NCBI RefSeq assembly: GCF_900232105.1
Contig: NZ_LT934425.1
Coordinates: 3,480,001 to 3,512,000, forward strand
Length of the DNA stretch: 32,000 bases
Direction: 5' to 3'
From: Candidatus Kuenenia stuttgartensis
GTDB lineage: Bacteria; Planctomycetota; Brocadiia; Brocadiales; Brocadiaceae
Of the stretch, positions 1 through 7,937 are shown piece by piece. Below the pieces are notes generated by a model. That model worked only from the letters and a program-made list of their open reading frames with translations. It had not been told where the DNA came from and ran no database searches. Within the stretch, counting starts at the first letter, position 1. Each line of letters starts with the position of its first letter. The translations under genes and the position numbers were made by a program.

Positions 1-2
1 TT

Positions 3-1193
3 GATAATGCCTCAGCAGATTCCGGTATTGTAGCCGCATCAATAAGCGGCGATGCGGCGAAGGCACTCTTTTCCTTTATTGGAAAAGATATTGCTACGGT
101 ACAATCTGAATTGGACATTGAAAAATCTGAAGCCCAAACCGCTTTTGCTATGCCGGGAATAAAAGCAACTATTTCCACCGCTGTAAAACGTGAAAAAACG
201 TCAGATCACAATGTTATCGGATATCTGCCCCCTGCTGATGGTAAAGATGATTGCGAATACATCGTCGTGGGAGCACACTTAGACCACATTGGCTACGGTG
301 GTACTGAATCCCTGGCGAGAAAAGGAGAAGAGGGAATGATACATAATGGGGCAGACGATAACGCCTCAGGGGTTTCCGTAGTGCTGGAATTAGCGGCTGC
401 TCTGGCGGAAACATACAAAAAAAAACCACAAGATAAACGACGGGGACTTGTATTTGCGTTTTGGTCGGGGGAAGAAATGGGACTGCTGGGTTCCTCTCAT
501 TTTATAAAAAACCCTGCCTTTCCCTTGAAAAATACAATTGCATACATAAATTTTGATATGGTGGGGAGGCTGAGAGACAACAAACTCATTATCCAGGGGG
601 CAGGTTCCTCAAAATCATGGCCGCAATTGTTTGAAAAGCGCAATATCATGTCAGGCTTTAATCTCATACTTCAACACGACCCTTATCTGCCGACAGACGC
701 CACCCCCTTTTACCAGGAAGGCGTCCCTATCATGAACTTCTTTACCGGAAGCCATGATGATTATAACCGGCCGACCGACGATACAGTGACTCTTAATTAC
801 GAAGGTATGGCAAAGATCGCCCAATTTGCGAAGAATATCATTTCCGATTTGGTAAAAAGTCCCGGGCGGCCCGACTATTTTAAAGTAAAGAGTTCAGGAC
901 CGCCTGATAGCCTGCATGGTTCCAGAAGAATATATTTAGGCACCATTCCCGACTTTACCACAGAAGATATTGAAGGTCTAAAACTGAGCGGCGTCAAGGC
1001 TGGAGGCCCTGCAGATAAAGCAGGCCTGCGGGACGGAGATATTATTGTCAGATTTGGAGATTTGAAAATCACTAATATCTATGATTATAAATATGCCCTC
1101 GACGTTATAAAAATTGGCGAGCCGGTGACGGTTGAATATTTAAGAAACGGAACGAGCGGCACACTCACCGTTATCCCGGAAGCAAAGAAGTAA
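3..1193 (+). CDS. M28-family metallopeptidase with C-terminal PDZ domain; 5' end lies outside the window
   Basis: The frame is open from nt 3, with no stop before the track's TTG at 111, so the gene starts upstream of the window. M28-style motifs HLDHIGYG, GADDNASGVSVVLELA, FWSGEEMGLLGS and NFDMVG are present. The C-terminal GLKLSGVKAGGPADKAGLRDGDIIV is PDZ-like. Confidence 0.8.
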   Translation, partial: DNASADSGIVAASISGDAAKALFSFIGKDIATVQSELDIEKSEAQTAFAMPGIKATISTAVKREKTSDHNVIGYLPPADGKDDCEYIVVGAHLDHIGYGGTESLARKGEEGMIHNGADDNASGVSVVLELAAALAETYKKKPQDKRRGLVFAFWSGEEMGLLGSSHFIKNPAFPLKNTIAYINFDMVGRLRDNKLIIQGAGSSKSWPQLFEKRNIMSGFNLILQHDPYLPTDATPFYQEGVPIMNFFTGSHDDYNRPTDDTVTLNYEGMAKIAQFAKNIISDLVKSPGRPDYFKVKSSGPPDSLHGSRRIYLGTIPDFTTEDIEGLKLSGVKAGGPADKAGLRDGDIIVRFGDLKITNIYDYKYALDVIKIGEPVTVEYLRNGTSGTLTVIPEAKK

Positions 1194-1263
1194 ATGTACT
1201 GTAGCGAATTTCTTATTTATTGTATTACTTTCAAAAAGACAAGTGGAATATAACTTGGTTAAG

Positions 1264-1627
1264 GGAGCATTCCTGATTTTTTGCAACAGTTTAGATTTTT
1301 GGAAAACAAAAATGCTCGTTCCCAAGCTCCGGCTTGGGAACGTAATTGTGTTGGAAGCTCTAGCTTCCATTTAGCCGGCAAGCGAAGCTTCGTGTATTAT
1401 TCGATTCAAAAGATGTTTCTAAATATCTTGGGTAACATACTGAAAAGCCTCCAAGCTGACATCATGGGTTCATTCCCTTTTCCATTCGAAGCTGGAGCTT
1501 CTCAAACAATCCCGTTCCCAAGCCGGAGCTTGGGAACGAGCGGTTTTTTTCATAGGACTAAAGTATTACAATTCTTTGTAAAAAAACAAAATGTGTGAAG
1601 ATATACAAAAAATCGGGAATGCACCCC
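1264..1627. mobile_element. MITE-like element, family A, copy 1 (364 bp)
   Basis: The termini GGAGCATTCCTGATTTTTT (left) and AAAAATCGGGAATGCACCCC (right) are imperfect inverted repeats. They are flanked by the 9-bp direct repeat TTGGTTAAG (1255-1263 and 1628-1636). The interior holds the hairpin CGTTCCCAAGC-N4-GCTTGGGAACG at 1317-1342 and its reverse-complement copy at 1513-1538. The termini match the element at 17994-18135. Confidence 0.7.
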
Positions 1628-1645
1628 TTGGTTAAGTAGTTTGGT

Positions 1646-1670
1646 GGTTAAATAGTTAAGTGGTTGAAAC
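1646..1670 (+). repeat. 25-nt motif GGTTAAATAGTTAAGTGGTTGAAAC; inverted partner at 4104-4128
   Basis: The reverse complement of 4104-4128 is GGTTAGGTAGTTAAGTGGTTAAAAC, matching at 22 of 25 positions. The motif sits just upstream of glgC. Confidence 0.6.
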
Positions 1671-1706
1671 GATTTAACGACACAACTTAAAGCAGGAGAT
1701 AATAAT

Positions 1707-2987
1707 ATGGATAATGTAATTTCTGTTATTTTAGGTGGGGGACGTGGAACGAGACTCTATCCCCTTACAAAAGAACGGTCAAAACCCGCAGTGCCTCTTG
1801 CCGGTAAATACCGGTTGATTGATATTCCAGTTAGTAATAGTCTGAATTCAGGGATAAATAAAATTTATGTTTTAACCCAGTTTAATTCCGCCTCCCTGCA
1901 CCGGCACATCACAAGGTCATATAAATTTGATAATTTCTCAAAAGGATTTATCGAAGTCCTTGCGGCAAACCAAACTATAGGCAGTTTGGACTGGTATCAG
2001 GGCACCGCGGATGCCGTCCGCCAGAATCTGCGTTTCTTTGACCAACCAAATATCGAATACATATTGATTCTTTCCGGTGACCAGTTATATCGAATGAATT
2101 ATCAGCATTTTATCAGAGAACATATCAAGTCAGGCGCTGAAGTGACTGTTTCTGCCATCCCTTCTGAAAGGAGACATGCCCAAGCCCTGGGGCTTTTAAA
2201 AATAAACGAACAGGGACGCATTGTTGGTTTTTCTGAGAAACCTAAAGATGAAGCAGTTATCGATACGCTTTCTTTGGATGCATCATTTTTTGAGAAAAGG
2301 GGGGTTGAACCAAAAGGGAGAACACTTTTGGCATCGATGGGTATTTATCTGTTCAACATTGGCGTATTAAAAGAAGTATTAAAAAAATCACAAAAACCTG
2401 ATTTTGGAAAGGAAATCATTCCTGAAATTATAAAGGAAAGAGCAGTCCATGCCTATTTATTTGACGGATATTGGGAGGACATCGGGACAATTAAATCATT
2501 TTATGAGGCCAATCTCGAATTGGCAACCTTAAGTCCGAGGTTTAACTTGTACAGCGAGAAAAACCCAATATATACCAGCCCACTGTCCCTGCCCGGAGCG
2601 ATTATAAACAATTGCAGGATTATAAAGTCTATTATAGCCGACGGGTGTATTATTGATAGTGGGGAAATAAGTGATTCGGTAATTGGTTTTCGAACAAGAA
2701 TAGAGAAAAACACTACGATCAGGAGTTCCGTGCTTATGGGTGCCGACTATTATGAAACAAAAGAAAATATTCGTGCCAACAAAGAGAAAGGGATACCGAA
2801 CATCGGAATTGGAGAAAACACAAAAATCGTGGGCGCTATTGTTGACAAAAACGTTCATATCGGAGAAAACGTTCATATAGAAAATACGAAAAAGATAGAA
2901 ACATTTGATGCGGAAAATTACATGATACGTGATTCTATTATCATTATTCCCAAAGGGAGTGTTATACCATCAAATACCGTCATATAG
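1707..2987 (+). CDS. glgC: glucose-1-phosphate adenylyltransferase
   Basis: The N-terminus [61 protein letters not shown] is the canonical GlgC signature. A left-handed beta-helix-like C-terminus follows. AGGAG lies 8 nt upstream of the ATG. Confidence 0.92.
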   Translation: MDNVISVILGGGRGTRLYPLTKERSKPAVPLAGKYRLIDIPVSNSLNSGINKIYVLTQFNSASLHRHITRSYKFDNFSKGFIEVLAANQTIGSLDWYQGTADAVRQNLRFFDQPNIEYILILSGDQLYRMNYQHFIREHIKSGAEVTVSAIPSERRHAQALGLLKINEQGRIVGFSEKPKDEAVIDTLSLDASFFEKRGVEPKGRTLLASMGIYLFNIGVLKEVLKKSQKPDFGKEIIPEIIKERAVHAYLFDGYWEDIGTIKSFYEANLELATLSPRFNLYSEKNPIYTSPLSLPGAIINNCRIIKSIIADGCIIDSGEISDSVIGFRTRIEKNTTIRSSVLMGADYYETKENIRANKEKGIPNIGIGENTKIVGAIVDKNVHIGENVHIENTKKIETFDAENYMIRDSIIIIPKGSVIPSNTVI

Positions 2988-3182
2988 TTCATGCTAAATG
3001 TTATGCACTAAGAAAAATGTTCAATATTCAATGCTCAAGTGGTTGTTCATTTGCCTTTATTCTTTTACATTGAACATTGAATATTAATTTTCAAAATGCG
3101 AAAGATGCACTTGTTTGAAATTTCAAATCAATTTGTCATTAGAATTTGTTTCGCCGGGTTGGTAGTATGTTTTTTTAATATA

Positions 3183-3323
3183 ACGTTTCATTAAAATATC
3201 TACATTGATACCGTCATTACGAGCTACAGCGAAGCACTCTTAAGTCTTTTGGGAACAAGAGATTGCTTCATCGCTTCACTCCTCACAATGACATTTTTTT
3301 ACGTACACATTTTAACGAAACTA
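3183..3323. repeat. Structured intergenic repeat module (inverted ends plus a long imperfect hairpin)
   Basis: ACGTTTCATTAAAATAT (3183-3199) and ACATTTTAACGAAACT (3308-3323) are inverted. Between them lies the imperfect hairpin GTCATTACGAG...CTCACAATGAC (about 3213-3293). The end motif TTTTAATGAAACG recurs inside MITE-A copy 2 (18029-18042). Confidence 0.5.
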
Positions 3324-3358
3324 TGCACTAATGGTAGGATTTTTTCAGGATAAGCATT

Positions 3359-4093
3359 ATGATTTTATTCATAAAACACATTGATATTGAAGGTCCCGGT
3401 ACTATTGGAGACTTTCTGGAAGATAACAAGATTTCTTCCGCAATTGTTGATCTTTCAAACAAAGATAATCTGCCGGAGTTAAAAAAAACTCTTCAAATGG
3501 TGATAAGTCTTGGTGGTCCTATGAATGTGTATGAAGAGGAAAAATATCCCTTTTTAGCGGATGAAAATGTTTTTCTTAAGGAAATAATAAAGAGGGATAT
3601 CCCTTTTTTAGGCGTTTGCCTTGGGGCGCAACTTATGGTAAAGGCTATCGGCGGCACGGTATCAAAAAATCCAAAGAAGGAAATCGGATTTTACAAGGTT
3701 TCTATTGATGAAGAGGGATTGAAGGATAATGTGTTCAGAAATTTCCCCGGGGAAATAACCGTATACCAGTGGCACGGAGATACCTTCAGTATACCGGAAG
3801 GCGGGAAAAGGATTGCTACCTCAGAATTATGTGAAAATCAGGCGGTCAAATACGGCAGGAATATTTACGGCATACAATTCCATGTTGAAGTGACAAGGAA
3901 CATGATTGCCGAATGGGCAGAAGCATACGAGGGTGAATTGGCGTCTTTGAAGGGCATAGTTTCCGATAAACAGAAAATGCTTGAAGATTATGATAATCTG
4001 AAAGGCGAATACCTCAAACAGGCAGAACGATTCTATGTGAACCTCTTTTCCGCTGCCAACCTGTTGAAAAGAAAGAGTTATTCCCTGCCGTAA
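3359..4093 (+). CDS. class-I (type 1) glutamine amidotransferase, GMP-synthase-like GATase domain protein
   Basis: The nucleophile elbow FLGVCLGAQLM and the His region GIQFHVE are present, and the overall length is typical for a GATase1 protein. Confidence 0.8.
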   Translation: MILFIKHIDIEGPGTIGDFLEDNKISSAIVDLSNKDNLPELKKTLQMVISLGGPMNVYEEEKYPFLADENVFLKEIIKRDIPFLGVCLGAQLMVKAIGGTVSKNPKKEIGFYKVSIDEEGLKDNVFRNFPGEITVYQWHGDTFSIPEGGKRIATSELCENQAVKYGRNIYGIQFHVEVTRNMIAEWAEAYEGELASLKGIVSDKQKMLEDYDNLKGEYLKQAERFYVNLFSAANLLKRKSYSLP

Positions 4094-4103
4094 CAGTCAA
4101 ATA

Positions 4104-4128
4104 GTTTTAACCACTTAACTACCTAACC
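4104..4128 (-). repeat. Inverted copy of the 25-nt motif at 1646-1670
   Basis: GTTTTAACCACTTAACTACCTAACC is the reverse complement of GGTTAGGTAGTTAAGTGGTTAAAAC. It lies just downstream of the GATase stop codon. Confidence 0.6.
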
Positions 4129-4176
4129 GGGTTTTATAATTATCTTTGACATAAACGATATCCTTGTGTTATTGAT

Positions 4177-4214
4177 TAATGTAGAGACGCATTGCAATGC
4201 GTCTCTACATTAAT
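4177..4214. repeat. Perfect 38-bp palindrome, REP-like hairpin with a GTAG head
   Basis: In TAATGTAGAGACGCATTGC|GCAATGCGTCTCTACATTA the two halves are exact reverse complements. The core GTAGAGACGC...GCGTCTCTAC starts with GTAG. A degenerate copy lies at 28535-28560. The palindrome sits between a TTGACA box (4146-4151) and the guaB start. Confidence 0.7.
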
Positions 4215-4257
4215 ATTGAAATTCCTAAACATTTAATTGGAGGTTAATAACACACCC

Positions 4258-5772
4258 ATGCCGCCGAATGGACTTGACGCAAAAACACTTTTTGAAGGGG
4301 GAGAAGGCATTACTTATAATGACTTCATTCTGCTTCCCGGACACATAGATTTTATTTTAGACACAATTAGTCTGGATACCAACCTTACCCGTAATATAAA
4401 GATAAAAAGACCCCTCGTCAGTTCGCCCATGGATACGGTAACCGAATCGAGGATGGCCATTAGCATGGCCTTGCTGGGCGGCATTGGCATTATTCATTAT
4501 AACAATACCATTGAAGATCAGGCAAAGGAGGTTCGCAAGGTAAAGAGATTTGAAAATGGTTTTATAACTGACCCGGTTGTCCTCAGCCCTTTCCATACCA
4601 TCATGGATGTCGATACTATTAAGGATACATATGGGTTTTCCGGGATTCCTATAACAGAAGACGGCACATTAAATTCTAAGCTGGTTGGAATTGTCACAAA
4701 GCGGGATATTGATTTTGAGGACAATCGAACGAAACCATTGAGCGAGGTAATGACCAGGCAATTGGTGACAGCTTCTTCCGGAATATCTCTTTCTGACGGG
4801 AACAAAATCTTAAAAGAAAGCAAAAAGGGAAAATTGCCGCTAATCGATAAACAGGGGAGGCTCGTATCTCTTATGAGCCGCACTGATTTGCTGAAAAACG
4901 AGGATTTCCCCTTTTCGTCAAAAGATAAGGGCAAACAACTCCTTGTTGGCGCTGCGCTCTCTACGCGCGAAGAAGACAGGGAACGCCTTGCTGAACTGGC
5001 AACGGCGGGTGTGGATGTGGTTGTCATCGATTCTTCTCAAGGTGATACAATTTTTCAGATTGATATGGTACGGTACGTTAAGAAACACTACCCGCATATT
5101 GACGTGATCGGAGGAAATGTTGTTACCGCAAAGCAGTGTAAATCATTGATTGACGCAGGCGTTGACTCGCTACGTATAGGTATGGGGAGCGGTTCTATTT
5201 GTATTACCCAGGATACCCTTGCAGTAGGAAGAGCGCAGGGGTCTGCTGTATACCATACAGCGAAATTTTCCAGGGAATACGCAAATATTCCGGTTATAGC
5301 AGATGGCGGTATTGCCCACATCGGGCATATTGTCAAGGCATTGTCCCTGGGGGCAAGTGCCGTGATGATGGGCGGACTGCTTGCCGGTACGACAGAATCT
5401 CCCGGCGAATATTTTTATGAGGGCGGCGTGCGGGTTAAAAAATACAGAGGAATGGCGTCTCATGAGGCGATGGAAAAGGGAGGCGGCAAAAGGTATTTGT
5501 CCGTTGAAGACCGGATAAAAGTTGCGCAGGGTGTTTCGGGAACGGTCGTTGACAAGGGTTCGGTTATTCATCTAGGGCAATATTTAATGCAAAGCTTATT
5601 GCATTCGTTGCAGGAACTCGGATGTAAAAGCGTTCATGATCTTCATCAGGGACTGTATGATGGAAACCTGCGTTTTGAAATGAGATCGCCGTCCGCACAG
5701 ACAGAAGGCAGTGTCCATGACCTCTACTCCAGCAAGGAACCCCACCTTGGTCTTTTAAGAAGGGTACGATAG
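4258..5772 (+). CDS. guaB: IMP dehydrogenase with a CBS-pair insert
   Basis: Catalytic loop [18 protein letters not shown], and a CBS region (GIPITEDG...[10 protein letters not shown]) are present. I prefer the ATG at 4258 (GGAGG at 4239-4243) over the track's TTG at 4237. Confidence 0.93.
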   Translation: MPPNGLDAKTLFEGGEGITYNDFILLPGHIDFILDTISLDTNLTRNIKIKRPLVSSPMDTVTESRMAISMALLGGIGIIHYNNTIEDQAKEVRKVKRFENGFITDPVVLSPFHTIMDVDTIKDTYGFSGIPITEDGTLNSKLVGIVTKRDIDFEDNRTKPLSEVMTRQLVTASSGISLSDGNKILKESKKGKLPLIDKQGRLVSLMSRTDLLKNEDFPFSSKDKGKQLLVGAALSTREEDRERLAELATAGVDVVVIDSSQGDTIFQIDMVRYVKKHYPHIDVIGGNVVTAKQCKSLIDAGVDSLRIGMGSGSICITQDTLAVGRAQGSAVYHTAKFSREYANIPVIADGGIAHIGHIVKALSLGASAVMMGGLLAGTTESPGEYFYEGGVRVKKYRGMASHEAMEKGGGKRYLSVEDRIKVAQGVSGTVVDKGSVIHLGQYLMQSLLHSLQELGCKSVHDLHQGLYDGNLRFEMRSPSAQTEGSVHDLYSSKEPHLGLLRRVR

Positions 5773-5888
5773 TATCCCCCCAATTCCTCCGGAATCTCCT
5801 TTATAAAAAACCTGGAATGTACATTTGAGCAGGAAGGAGGAAAGGGGGCACATCTGAATATTTGCATGATATGTATAATTCTGAAACC

Positions 5889-6121
5889 ATGGCAAGGCTG
5901 GCAAGAATAGCATTTGAAGGGGCTTTTTACCATGTTACGAACCGGGGAAATCGCAGATAAGATATTTTTCTTGATACCAATGGTCGAGCAACGACTTGCA
6001 GAAGATCATAAATTACATAAATAATTCAAGAAGATATTGTCTAATGTCCGGATGTGACCCTTATTTTCTACACGATAGTTTTACCTGATAATAGTGATTT
6101 TCTCAAGTTATCAGGGCAATT
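5889..6121 (+). mobile_element. Internally deleted Y1 (COG1943/RAYT-like) transposase remnant, 'element A' copy 1
   Basis: It encodes MARLARIAFEGAFYHVTNRGNRR*, continuing as DIFLDTNGR (an N-terminal Y1-transposase signature). It then jumps to a C-terminal-like tail RLAEDHKLHK*FKKILSNVRM*. The last 138 bp (5984-6121) recur at 9996-10133 with 6 mismatches and no indels. Confidence 0.6.
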
Positions 6122-7281
6122 CAGACATAAAAAAATACGATTTTATCGACGCGCTTCGAGGCATGGCAATTCTCGGAGTAATCCTTGTACATTCGTCTCA
6201 GTCGGTTGCACCAACCAACGTAACGCTGTTGTGGTTTATGGGTGAAGGGGCGAGAGGCGTTCAACTTTTCTATGTAGCCAGCGCACTGACGCTTTGCATG
6301 TCTTGGGTAGCTAGAAGCTCGCATGAAACATTTCCAATTCGGAATTTTTACATAAGGCGATTTTTTCGAATCGCTCCAATGTTTTATCTCGCCATATTGA
6401 GTTACATTTTCGTGAATGGGTTTTCTCCATCATACTGGGCTCCCAATGGTATCGAATGGTGGTTTGTTCCAATCACGGCAGTATTCCTCCACGGATTCCA
6501 CCCAGAAACCATCACATCAGTTGTTCCAGGAGGCTGGTCAATTGCTGTAGAAATGAGTTTTTATTTCATCCTGCCATTTTTGCTTCCGCATATTAAATCT
6601 GTAAAGTCTTGTGCCTTCTTTTTCGTTATTAGCCTAGTATTGAGTGGTCTTAATCGACTTATAGTGCCGCATATTTTCTCTTACCCAGAAAGCCAACAGT
6701 ACCTACTGCAAAGCTTCTCGTTCCTCAATTTTCTAGGCAAACTACCCGTGTTTATCATTGGCATTTTTGGCTATTTAATACTTCGAGAAAAGTATCCTCG
6801 TAAGCTAATCGCCATCGTTTGTGGGCCGCTTTTTGTCGTTCTTCTTCTGGCTTTTTTATACCCAGCTTTTAAACTTCCGAGCAATTTTATTGCTGATAAG
6901 TTGTTTAATACTCCGCACCATTTTATTGCTGGCGGGCTATTTTGTGCCTTTGCGCTTCTATTGGCTAACTGGCCTACGCAACTATTAGTAAATAAAATTA
7001 CCACTACGGTTGGAAAGTTAAGTTTCAGCATGTACTTGACGCATTTTGCAATATTGACATATTTTTCTAGGCTTGGATTTAGCAACATCTTTCCAAAGTC
7101 GAATCTAGCAAGTCTTCTACACTTTCTGTGTGTTGTTTTTGCGGCCGCCGCAGTATCGTTCTTTTTCTACAAGTACATTGAAAAACCTGGCATTGCACTG
7201 GGCAAACGTTTAATCGAAAAATCTGAACAAGATGTTGCGCTAAACCCTAACCCGGCGCTCAACACGGACGCTGCGCTATAA
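6094..7281 (+). CDS. acyltransferase-3 family membrane O-acyltransferase (OafA-like)
   Basis: FIDALRGMAILGVILVHS lies near the N-terminus, followed by about 10 predicted TM segments. The only in-frame start (GTG 6094) lies inside element A, so the 5' end may be chimeric or truncated. The 3' end reads into the attC-like site. Confidence 0.75.
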   Translation: MIFSSYQGNSDIKKYDFIDALRGMAILGVILVHSSQSVAPTNVTLLWFMGEGARGVQLFYVASALTLCMSWVARSSHETFPIRNFYIRRFFRIAPMFYLAILSYIFVNGFSPSYWAPNGIEWWFVPITAVFLHGFHPETITSVVPGGWSIAVEMSFYFILPFLLPHIKSVKSCAFFFVISLVLSGLNRLIVPHIFSYPESQQYLLQSFSFLNFLGKLPVFIIGIFGYLILREKYPRKLIAIVCGPLFVVLLLAFLYPAFKLPSNFIADKLFNTPHHFIAGGLFCAFALLLANWPTQLLVNKITTTVGKLSFSMYLTHFAILTYFSRLGFSNIFPKSNLASLLHFLCVVFAAAAVSFFFYKYIEKPGIALGKRLIEKSEQDVALNPNPALNTDAAL

Positions 7282-7314
7282 GGCCGCGCAGCGCCGGTTA
7301 GCTCTACGTTAGAT
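7245..7314 (+). other. integron attC-like recombination site (70 bp)
   Basis: The sequence is CCCTAAC-CC-GGCGCTCAACACGGACGCTGCGC-TATAAGGCC-GCGCAGCGCCGGTTAGCTCTAC-GTTAGAT. It is an imperfect palindrome ending in GTTAGAT (GTTRRRY) with an AAC-containing left box. It overlaps the acyltransferase stop codon. Confidence 0.5.
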
Positions 7315-7326
7315 TTTACTTCATCC

Positions 7327-7348
7327 TATAGGGGAAATTCCCTATAAT
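7327..7348 (+). promoter_or_regulatory. near-palindromic operator overlapping a TATAAT box in front of the antitoxin gene
   Basis: TATAGGGGAAATTCCCTATA (7327-7346) is a near-perfect 20-bp palindrome. TATAAT at 7343-7348 lies only 6 nt from the ATG at 7355, which suggests a leaderless, autoregulated TA promoter. Confidence 0.4.
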
Positions 7349-7354
7349 ATTAAC

Positions 7355-7543
7355 ATGAGTACTTTAAAAGACAACATTGCAAAAATGATTCGTCACTTGC
7401 CGGAAGACTCCACACTGGAAGACATCCAATACCATCTTTATGTACTAGAAAAGATAAGAAAAGGCCAAGAATCCATAAAAGACGGTAAAGGTATTTCCAA
7501 CGAGGAAGCCAAAGTTCGACTTTCAAAATGGATTACAAAATAA
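7355..7543 (+). CDS. putative antitoxin of a ParE/RelE-type TA pair (62 aa)
   Basis: A small ORF overlaps the downstream toxin-like reading frame by 16 nt (toxin ATG at 7528). The LPEDSTLEDIQYHLYVLEKIRKG pattern is one I recognise from small antitoxin-like proteins paired with ParE/RelE toxins. Confidence 0.65.
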   Translation: MSTLKDNIAKMIRHLPEDSTLEDIQYHLYVLEKIRKGQESIKDGKGISNEEAKVRLSKWITK

Positions 7544-7815
7544 TTTGGTCGCCTGACGCTTTAGAAGATATAGAGGCAATTGGGGAGTTTGTCGCAAGAG
7601 ATTCTGATCTTTATGCTGAATCTACAATTCAAAAAATATTTTAAGCCCCTCAGTCGCTAATCCAACACCTCAAAATAGGCAGAGTCGTGCCAGAAGTTGG
7701 CAATGAATTTATGAGAGAATTATTTGTTTTCCAATATCGTATCGTTTATGAAATCAAAGCAAATGAGATCCATATTCTTACCGTAATACATGGAAAACGT
7801 ATATTCGATAAATAA
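7528..7815 (+). pseudogene. ParE/RelE-family toxin gene interrupted by an in-frame TAA
   Basis: Hand translation gives MDYKIIWSPDALEDIEAIGEFVARDSDLYAESTIQKIF*APQSLIQHLKIGRVVPEVGNEFMRELFVFQYRIVYEIKANEIHILTVIHGKRIFDK*. There is a single nonsense codon at 7642-7644 and the same frame runs throughout. Confidence 0.75.
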
Positions 7816-7818
7816 AAA

Positions 7819-7880
7819 ATCTAACAAGCCGATGGAGATTGACGCCCAACAGCGAGTCTCCGTTCAAGCGACTGTTAAGC
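7819..7880 (+). other. integron attC-like recombination site (62 bp)
   Basis: ATCTAACAAGCCGATGGAGATTGACGCCCAACAGCGAGTCTCCGTTCAAGCGACTGTTAAGC has a left box TCTAAC-AA and internal pairing GGAGA/TCTCC. The right box is GTTAAGC (GTTRRRY). It starts 4 nt after the toxin stop. From memory it resembles the aadA 59-base element (TCTAACAA...GTTCAAGC...GTTAGAT). Confidence 0.55.
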
Positions 7881-7937
7881 ATAGACAGTTTATCTTATTC
7901 AAACCTGGTTGCTACTTTTGTTGAGCGCAACCCAATG

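Noticed and set aside
1281-1598. A 105-aa ORF between the peptidase and glgC.
   Set aside because: It lies wholly inside MITE-A copy 1 and is translated across hairpin repeats (LGTS... appears twice as mirror images). It has no RBS.
3016-3085. The inverted repeat AATGTTCAATATTCAATG / CATTGAACATTGAATATT after glgC could be a terminator.
   Set aside because: The stem is A+T-rich with a 34-nt loop and no following T-tract. I noted it only as a repeat, not as a supported terminator.
4237-4257. The TTG start for guaB given in the ORF track.
   Set aside because: The ATG at 4258 follows a GGAGG and gives an N-terminus ([12 protein letters not shown]) of typical length. The choice is not critical.
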